Shown here piece by piece: positions 7,525 through 11,773 of a stretch of DNA of 11,773 nt. Position 1 is the stretch's first letter, and every line of letters starts with the position of its first letter. The notes under the pieces were generated by a model. That model was not told the origin of the DNA. It was given only the letters and a program-made list of their open reading frames with translations, and did no database searches. Source of the stretch: an uncultured archaeon (GTDB lineage: Archaea; Asgardarchaeota; Lokiarchaeia; Sigyniarchaeales; Promethearchaeaceae); the NCBI GenBank assembly GCA_964426185.1, contig CAYRPF010000023.1:1-11773 (forward strand), written 5' to 3'. The position numbers and the translations under genes were made by a program.

Positions 7525-8474
7525 TAATCTTTGCACCATTCTGTCATTGAGAAAGACATTTTTTCGAGTTTCTGGTCTATTTGCTGACGAGAGGGTATTT
7601 CGATTGCTTTGGAAACAGATTGTAACAATTTATCTAATTCGTTTTGAGCTTGATTGACATTTTGTTGAAAATCTGCCAATCCTTGACCAAAAACTAAAGC
7701 TACAGGAAAAATTTCCACATGGTTAGGACCCAAAGAAGGAATTGACCATTGGAGTCCAATTGATAAATCTGTAGAATGAGGATGTAAAAAATCACGAAGC
7801 TTAAGGCGTTCTGGCGAGATCAAAATAGATTCAGGGGTGTTCCCTTCAAAATGTATGGGAATTCTATCTTTTACAGAAACAATCCCTGCAATTAAACCCT
7901 TTTCTAGAGGAAATCGCGAATCATATTGAAAAATTGCACCTGTAGTTGAATCGTAATCCACTCGGTCAGAATCATAGTAATCTTGACCGTAAATATCAAA
8001 GTCATAAAATTGATAGAAATTTATGTCTTTAAGTGGATTTGGTGTAACATTCCTAAAAGAATAGAAGAAAAGAATGTACGGTTTAGAAATAAAACGATAA
8101 ACATCAACATATTCAATAATATAAGCAAGAAGTTCAGTGTCTTTTGGGGTTATTTTTTGAATTTCAGGATGGAAATTCATGATATATCGATATGTAAATC
8201 GTGAGAGAGTGGAATTTTTGTTGTGTTTTGCGTTAATCATTGCAAATATTGGCTGTTTGGAGGGATTATTTAGCGCATGCGAATTTTCTAAACTTCGTAT
8301 TAAAATTGGAACGGAGCAATAATTAAATGCTAAACATGGACCGTTCAGATAAGGTTGGGGTAAATCTAATACTAACTGCTTTTGATATGATATTTTTTTT
8401 AAAGTATAACCAAATGAATATCCTTTTTCTTTGCAATTTACACAAATCGTTTCGTAATCAATTTCAACTTGCAT
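7524..8474 (-). CDS. Uncharacterised protein, probably a beta-supersandwich resembling the non-catalytic N-terminal domains of GH15-type enzymes
   Basis: 316-aa ORF. The ATG at 8474 with upstream GGTGTGA is preferred over the TTG at 8489. The pattern YILFFYSFRN..LKDINFYQFYDFDIYG..DRVDYD..DLSIGLQWSIPSLGPN..FPVALVFG alternates like beta-strands. The fold call is a by-eye resemblance only. Confidence 0.6.
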   Translation of the reverse strand: MQVEIDYETICVNCKEKGYSFGYTLKKISYQKQLVLDLPQPYLNGPCLAFNYCSVPILIRSLENSHALNNPSKQPIFAMINAKHNKNSTLSRFTYRYIMNFHPEIQKITPKDTELLAYIIEYVDVYRFISKPYILFFYSFRNVTPNPLKDINFYQFYDFDIYGQDYYDSDRVDYDSTTGAIFQYDSRFPLEKGLIAGIVSVKDRIPIHFEGNTPESILISPERLKLRDFLHPHSTDLSIGLQWSIPSLGPNHVEIFPVALVFGQGLADFQQNVNQAQNELDKLLQSVSKAIEIPSRQQIDQKLEKMSFSMTEWCKD

Positions 8475-8523
8475 GAAATTCACACCCAAAAGCGGATTGG
8501 AAAAAAATCAATTTAAGCAAAGA

Positions 8524-9489
8524 TTAAAATCGTTCGATAAATTTATACGCCGCATATTGAAAGGCATCGAAGACATTGTTTCCTGTCTTAGCTGATGTTA
8601 ATAAATAGGGACAGCCTAATTTATCCGCCTTTGCTACGATTTCATCAAGACTTACCTCTTGCTCAACTAAGTCAGTTTTTGTGGCAATAAGCATTATGGA
8701 AACCTTCCGATCCACGCTACTCTGCATATCATTTAACCATTGCTCTATGTTTTCAAAAGATCTTCGGCGTGAAATATCAAAAGCAAGAAAAGCAAAATCT
8801 GCACCTTGATAAAAACGCTTTCGATATGGACTCATAGTTGCTATTTGACCACCTATATCCCAAATCGAAAGAACTACTTTTGAATCTTCTTTAAAAGAAA
8901 TTTCTTTTCTTAAAATATCCACCCCAATAGTGCTTATATAGCTTTCTTTGAATTGATTATCTACAAATCTCCGAATTAACGAGGTTTTTCCCACCATAGG
9001 GTCGCCTAAAACAATTATTTTTGCAGAGAAATTACCTTTGGGGAACTCAATTCGCTTTAAATTAGCTAAAATATGGATTATCGGGGGTATTTCAGATTGG
9101 ATCTCATCACCATTAAGGACTAATTGTATTTTCTTCGCAATATGTTCTCCATAAACTTTCAATCGATTGTCTTGGACGGTTTTTTCTGCCAAAACGGTTA
9201 AGATTGCGTTTTCGCCTGCAGAAACAAATAGCATTTTTTGATCATCAACAGATAATATAGTAACAAATTCCTTAGCGGTTCCTAAATCAGTCTTTATACG
9301 ATTAATAAAGGAATCAAATACAGCAGTAACTGCTCCGATAGCTTCATCTTCTGTTTGCTCGCTGTGCAATTTGCTATAAATTATTAATCCATCGCGATCG
9401 ACTATTGCAGATGCCTTTATCTCTGGAACTTCATCCATCATTTCAGAAATTAATTGTTCGAATAATTCTGTATCAGTTTGTCGATTCAT
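8524..9489 (-). CDS. Roadblock/LC7 (MglB-like) domain fused to a Ras-superfamily, Rab-like small GTPase (eukaryotic signature protein)
   Basis: Residues ~10-125 (VPEIKASAIVDRDGLIIYS...AGENAILTVLA) fit Roadblock. GTPase motifs: G1 GDPMVGKTS (8980-9006), G2 STIGVDI, G3 WDIGGQ (8845-8862), FYQGA, G4 TKTD (8671-8682), G5 TSAKTG (8581-8598). Confidence 0.93.
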   Translation of the reverse strand: MNRQTDTELFEQLISEMMDEVPEIKASAIVDRDGLIIYSKLHSEQTEDEAIGAVTAVFDSFINRIKTDLGTAKEFVTILSVDDQKMLFVSAGENAILTVLAEKTVQDNRLKVYGEHIAKKIQLVLNGDEIQSEIPPIIHILANLKRIEFPKGNFSAKIIVLGDPMVGKTSLIRRFVDNQFKESYISTIGVDILRKEISFKEDSKVVLSIWDIGGQIATMSPYRKRFYQGADFAFLAFDISRRRSFENIEQWLNDMQSSVDRKVSIMLIATKTDLVEQEVSLDEIVAKADKLGCPYLLTSAKTGNNVFDAFQYAAYKFIERF

Positions 9490-9543
9490 AAAGCTTCACA
9501 ATTGTTATATGATGGTAATGCAGTTCTTTCCAAAAAATATTTG

Positions 9544-11676
9544 TTATTTTTCTTTGATAACTGGCCGGTAAAAATGTCTTGCTTTTAGTCTTAAGAAACA
9601 ATAATGGATTTTTTCTTTTAAAATTGTCAAAATTTCAAATGGAAGCAAGAAATATCGTAGAATAAAAACATTAAAGTGAAAATTCGCTGGTAAATTTTGA
9701 TGAAAAATATATTTAGGTATTATTGAAGATTCAGGAAGCAATTTGGGAAGGAGGGGAACTATATCTCGGGGATGATCTTTTTCATTAAAAAATCCGTTGT
9801 GTACCACTTCTTCTTTTTGGAATAATGAATGCAAAGGGGAGCGATAATCTCTTAGAATTCCCAAAATCATGCCTTGAATAAATGGCTTAGTTTTTGCTAC
9901 TTTTATTTGAGAAATCAGATAATTTTTTGCATGGAATTGAAACTCTGCAATATCATTATCCAAATTTTTAGTTTTTCGATTATGAGAAGATGCAAATTGG
10001 GTAATTATTACAGGTTTACGCCGGTGGAAGCTATAAATAGTATCCAATATCCAAGAAAATTGGGGTAATCCTCCATAGGTAGAGTTAAATTGTAGATTTT
10101 TACATACAACATCAATTCTTTTATGTATCCCATTAAAAAGAATCTTATTTGTTGCAACACTGATTAATCGGCTGGGGTCCCAATGTTTTGTGTAATATAT
10201 AAGATCAGATAAGAAACGGCGGGAGAAATAGCTGAAGGTATCTATTTCGTTACCAATTATCCAGAGAATTACGCTGGGATGGTTATAATCTCTATTTATC
10301 ATTTGATAAATCATTTTCATGGCTAATTTTCGCGTTTTTGAATCATGAAGCCGAATATTCTTTACCATCGGAATTTCACTAAATATTAATATTCCCTCTT
10401 CGTCTGCTAAATCCAGCAAAGAGGGAACGTGAGGATAATAAGAAGGATAGAGAGTATTCATTCCTAAAGATTTCAACCGCAAGATATCACGCCGGTAAAT
10501 CTCATTTAGATAATCCATTCCGTGTAGATTCTTTTCATCTCTAATCGCAGCTCCAATTAACCGGATTGGGCGATTATTTAAAATGATTTGTCCTTTCTTC
10601 ACTTCGATTTGTCTAATTCCAAACCTGACTTCTTTATCTTCATCAATTCCGTTCAAATGAAGTTTGATCAAATATAAATCGGGTGTGTCTGGGGTCCACA
10701 GCGACGGATTTTGAATGTCTATATGAAAAAGAGTATTATAGTCTTTTGAATCTGCATCCAAGTCTAAATATTGGTGCTTTTTATTTTCCTTTCGTTCTTT
10801 TCGATTTAGTCGTTTTAAGAAATTCTTTGATTCAGAAGAAAAATACGTTTCCAAATCAATTATCTCATCGATCTGTTCAATTTCATCAAGAATTTCATCA
10901 AAATATTCTTCAAGTGATTCTTGATCGTGAGAAATATGATTTAAAGGGGGTAAAATCTCTGGATTTATTTCAAGAGTCCCAGTTTGGATAAGAATTTGAT
11001 TAAACTGTTGTTCACCATCAAAAAATCTTCCTAAATAATAAAGTTCCCATTCTGCTTGAGGCTCAATTTGCATAGCATAGCAGCGATCGAGAAATTCTTG
11101 AGTGTTTTTGATGCTAAAATTGACATAAACTGTTGCCATGGAAATATGGGACGGTTTTACTTTGGTAGTTACTTTTATTTTTATAATTCGAGTTTTTTCT
11201 AAAATCAGTAATTTTACCGATCTATGAATTCCACCCCAATTATACCAATCATAAACTTCAGCGGGAATCCCTTTTCGATCGAGAGCATTCGAGACACGTA
11301 CAACAAGGTAATTTTCTCCTGTAATTGCAATCAGCCTAGGATTAAATATAAAACGGAAAGGCAAAAATCCCCCATAGTTATCTCCCAAATAATTACCATT
11401 GAGCCAAACTTGAGTGTAATAATTAGATCCTTCAAATTCAATGGAATATTCGTGTGATTTAGGGCGGTAGGGTATATCAGGAAGTTTTCTTATATACCAA
11501 ACAGTTCCTGCATAGCGATTCAATCCTGGTAAAGTATTAAAACTGGATGGGACTTTAATGGAAAGCACTGGTTCTGAAGGAGATTGCACCCAATTAATAG
11601 AATACCACTTCTTTTGGATTCCAATATTTTCAGGGTCCAAAACTAAATTCCATGTTCCATCTAAATAAATGTCCAT
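9544..11676 (-). CDS. Glycoside hydrolase family 2 (beta-glucuronidase/galactosidase-like) homolog, probably catalytically impaired
   Basis: GH2 motifs: LDGTWN, FEGSNYYTQVWLNG, GGFLPF, DWYNWGGIHRSV, PSLWTPDTPDLY, RFGIRQI, RDYNHPSVILWIIGNE. The nucleophile motif reads PVIITQF instead of PxxxTEFG. Confidence 0.9.
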   Translation of the reverse strand: MDIYLDGTWNLVLDPENIGIQKKWYSINWVQSPSEPVLSIKVPSSFNTLPGLNRYAGTVWYIRKLPDIPYRPKSHEYSIEFEGSNYYTQVWLNGNYLGDNYGGFLPFRFIFNPRLIAITGENYLVVRVSNALDRKGIPAEVYDWYNWGGIHRSVKLLILEKTRIIKIKVTTKVKPSHISMATVYVNFSIKNTQEFLDRCYAMQIEPQAEWELYYLGRFFDGEQQFNQILIQTGTLEINPEILPPLNHISHDQESLEEYFDEILDEIEQIDEIIDLETYFSSESKNFLKRLNRKERKENKKHQYLDLDADSKDYNTLFHIDIQNPSLWTPDTPDLYLIKLHLNGIDEDKEVRFGIRQIEVKKGQIILNNRPIRLIGAAIRDEKNLHGMDYLNEIYRRDILRLKSLGMNTLYPSYYPHVPSLLDLADEEGILIFSEIPMVKNIRLHDSKTRKLAMKMIYQMINRDYNHPSVILWIIGNEIDTFSYFSRRFLSDLIYYTKHWDPSRLISVATNKILFNGIHKRIDVVCKNLQFNSTYGGLPQFSWILDTIYSFHRRKPVIITQFASSHNRKTKNLDNDIAEFQFHAKNYLISQIKVAKTKPFIQGMILGILRDYRSPLHSLFQKEEVVHNGFFNEKDHPRDIVPLLPKLLPESSIIPKYIFHQNLPANFHFNVFILRYFLLPFEILTILKEKIHYCFLRLKARHFYRPVIKEK

Positions 11677-11773
11677 TGGTTATATGCTCTCCACTACAGC
11701 TAGCTTCATCACTTATTACTTTGTGATTCATACCTTTAACATTTATTTTTAAAAATTCAAAAAGTAAAAAGGC

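Noticed and set aside
8486-8507. CCAA/TTGG mini-hairpin next to a T7 run as a bacterial-type terminator
   Set aside because: The stem is only 4 bp and lies after the T-run on the coding strand. The T-run alone might still terminate in archaea.
8524-9489. Calling the fusion a true Rab or Rag ortholog
   Set aside because: It has no prenylation tail, a divergent switch II and reversed domain order relative to Rag. Orthology needs a phylogeny.
10880-10902. Short direct repeat ATTTCATCAA x2
   Set aside because: It only reflects the repeated (F/L)DEI peptide in the acidic insert.
4447-11457. Remaining short plus-strand ORFs (4447, 7983, 9874, 10683, 11224)
   Set aside because: All are antisense within long, well-supported minus-strand genes.
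9544-11676. uidA/lacZ gene symbol or pseudogene status
   Set aside because: Catalytic and specificity residues are missing, so the enzyme name is unsupported. The ORF has no stops or frameshifts, so it is not a pseudogene.
1-11773. CRISPR arrays, tRNA/rRNA, IS elements, integrases
   Set aside because: No periodic repeats, GC-rich structured islands, terminal inverted repeats or transposase motifs were seen by eye. Intergenic gaps are all under 200 bp.

Overview
AT-rich, gene-dense archaeal window, most likely Asgard (Lokiarchaeia-like). That call is an inference from a Roadblock/LC7 + Rab-like small GTPase fusion, archaeal AbrB-PhoU and TrmB-type regulators, and a sequon-rich DUF2341-type surface protein. 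All nine credible CDSs are on the minus strand. In transcription order (right to left): a GH2 beta-glucuronidase/galactosidase homolog with a degenerate active site; the Roadblock-GTPase fusion; an uncharacterised beta-rich protein translationally coupled to a TrmB-like wHTH protein; an AbrB-PhoU regulator; a FadH-like 2,4-dienoyl-CoA reductase; a pol-beta-family nucleotidyltransferase coupled to a PAP2 membrane phosphatase; and a secreted DUF2341 + FG-GAP/VCBS-repeat protein that runs off the left edge and is missing from the ORF track. The main candidate for a new system is 5331-11676, a possible carbohydrate/nutrient-sensing signalling module (pseudo-glycosidase, Roadblock-GTPase, orphan beta-sandwich, two regulators). 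Family calls come from motif recognition by eye; no searches were run. No RNA genes, CRISPR arrays or mobile elements were seen.
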